From: Octopus sinensis
Lineage: Eukaryota
NCBI RefSeq assembly: GCF_006345805.1
Contig: NC_043004.1
Coordinates: 2,232,001-2,296,000 of the forward strand
Direction: 5' to 3'
Length of the DNA stretch: 64,000 nt
Shown here: positions 62,181-64,000 of the stretch, piece after piece
Layout: each line of letters opens with the position of its first letter
Numbering within the stretch: the stretch's first letter is position 1
Notes under the pieces: model-generated
What the model was told of the DNA's origin: nothing
Seen by the model: only the letters and a program-made list of their open reading frames with translations
The model's database searches: none
Program-made: the position numbers and the translations under genes

Positions 62181-62333
62181 TGAGCGAGAGAATGCGATTG
62201 CTCTTTCAAGACGATTAGGCAATTAGATCAATAAGATGAAATCAAAGCCAACATATATTTACATACGTAAACGCTTATAGCTTTCCATACTTACACGCTT
62301 ATTTAGACACACACACACATATATATATTTAGA

Positions 62334-62382
<49 letters not shown>

Positions 62383-62616
62383 TGTTTGTGCGTGTGTTTC
62401 TTTGTGTGTGTGGGGGGTGTAACGGAGGAGGAAGGGGGAATGGTGAAAGTGAGTTAGAGGGAATTAAACCTTTGCATTGAAATATGTGAACACTCACACA
62501 CGTACGCACGTATATCGTTTATGTATATATGTGTATACACAAATACACACACGCATGGGCAATTACACATATACATACTTATATATATATATGCACATGC
62601 ATATATATATACATAC

Positions 62617-62650
<34 letters not shown>

Positions 62651-62825
62651 ACACATACATATATATATAAACATATATATATATATATATAGATATCTAT
62701 GCACATACACATACATTCATGCATATATATAGATGCGCACACATACACACATACTGTAAGAAGCAAATACATAACTTTATATGTACAGATACATCATACA
62801 TCAACCTGAACACACACACACACAC

Positions 62826-62872
<47 letters not shown>

Positions 62873-63230
62873 CAAGTGTTTGTGTTTTATATTTTTACTT
62901 ATACAGCGTCAATAAGACCTGACATTTTTCAAAATAGCTTTGTCGTGGTTTTTCTCCCACGAGTTTTTGGCTGTTGTGAAGAGGTTTATATAATGTGTTA
63001 AGGTCGATATCAAAGGAGAACATCTCATTTTTGTATGTTATTCATAGTTATAAAGTATGGATTTCGTGTTCATGTCCTGTTCACGTGCATGACACGATTG
63101 TCGTGTATTAAATCATTAATTTTCTCCACTGAGTTAATTACGCACTATATATATATATATATTATATATAATATATATATATATATGAGAGTGCATTGTA
63201 GTTCGCTTGAAGCATTGTGTATTGCTTGTA

Positions 63231-63429
63231 TAGAATAAAAAGTTTGGAATGGTACAACAATGCACTATAATACAAACAATGGGCTATATACCTGTTATAA
63301 TTTAGTCATCAATAGTCTGATGATATTTCGAAATATCATATTTGACTATGGATGACTAAATTACAACAGGTATACTGCTCAATGTCTGTATTATAGTGCA
63401 TTGTTGTACCATCCAAAATTTCTTATTCT
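63231..63429. repeat. About 200-bp near-perfect palindrome (foldback/MITE-like)
   Basis: 63243-63317 and 63344-63418 are reverse complements with few mismatches; the central atgatatttcgaaatatcat is a perfect 20-bp palindrome. Confidence 0.9.
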
Positions 63430-63783
63430 TTATATATATATATATATATAAATACTCACACACACGCATTGAATTGTAGTATGGTGTTGTATGTTATTGA
63501 ACAGTAGTATGGAAAGTATATTCTCGGCACAGCGAAGTCCGTCACTCTGGTTTGATTAATCTGATAGAATACCTCTTCCTTCCTTCTCTGTGGACAGAAA
63601 GCAATTGTATAAAAATAGCCATCTGGCTTTAAACCTACTTTGATTCTCTTCTCGGACAGAATCACGCTGGTTGTGGCCACAGAAATAAATAAAACTAAAA
63701 TATTTCACATAGCTCCTACATTTAAGGATTTTGCTAAATTATTTAATTCAAGTATGTAAAATATTGTTTTATTTGGTGGCTTA

Positions 63784-64000
63784 CTCTTTTACTCTTTACT
63801 TGTTTCAGTCATTTGACTGTGGCCATACTGGAGCACCGGCTTTTGTCGAGCAACTCGACCCCAGGACTTATTATTTGTTAGCCTATTACTTATTCTATCG
63901 ATCTTTTTTGCCGAACAGCTAGGTTACGGGGACGTAAACACAGCAGCATCGGTTATCAAGCGATATTGGCGGGAACAAACACAGACACACAAACATATAC
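63784..64000 (-). mobile_element. SINE A 3' half running off the window end
   Basis: actctttacttgtttcagtcatttgactgtggccatactggagcacc... Confidence 0.85.

Overview
AT-rich, microsatellite-dense eukaryotic DNA made almost entirely of transposable elements and simple repeats. I recognise no intact host protein-coding gene, no true tRNA/rRNA gene and no CRISPR array; most six-frame ORFs are microsatellite translations. The SINE families recall those of octopod cephalopods, so the source is probably an Octopus genome (from memory, not verified by search). Supported content: a 5'-truncated CR1-type LINE (1991-4312, minus) plus two short CR1-type 3' ends; restriction-like-endonuclease (R4/Dong-type) LINE fragments at five sites, all lodged in microsatellites; a decayed mariner transposase (30792-31826, minus); several tRNA-headed SINE families (about 40 copies or fragments); small elements with minimal hammerhead-ribozyme-like cores of the Penelope-associated type; MITE/foldback palindromes; a Helitron-like 3' end; and a 17-bp minisatellite. 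The most interesting signals concern retroelement targeting and partnering. (1) One SINE subfamily repeatedly lands at the GTATTTCG site inside its own family. (2) SINEs stack serially at a single regenerated target site. (3) An RLE-type LINE sits in (TACA)n rather than (TAA)n. (4) A SINE and a CR1 fragment share a 3' stem-loop with compensatory changes. (5) Two hammerhead-like motifs lie in tandem about 545 bp apart. All family assignments come from motif recognition by eye, and boundaries of decayed copies are approximate.
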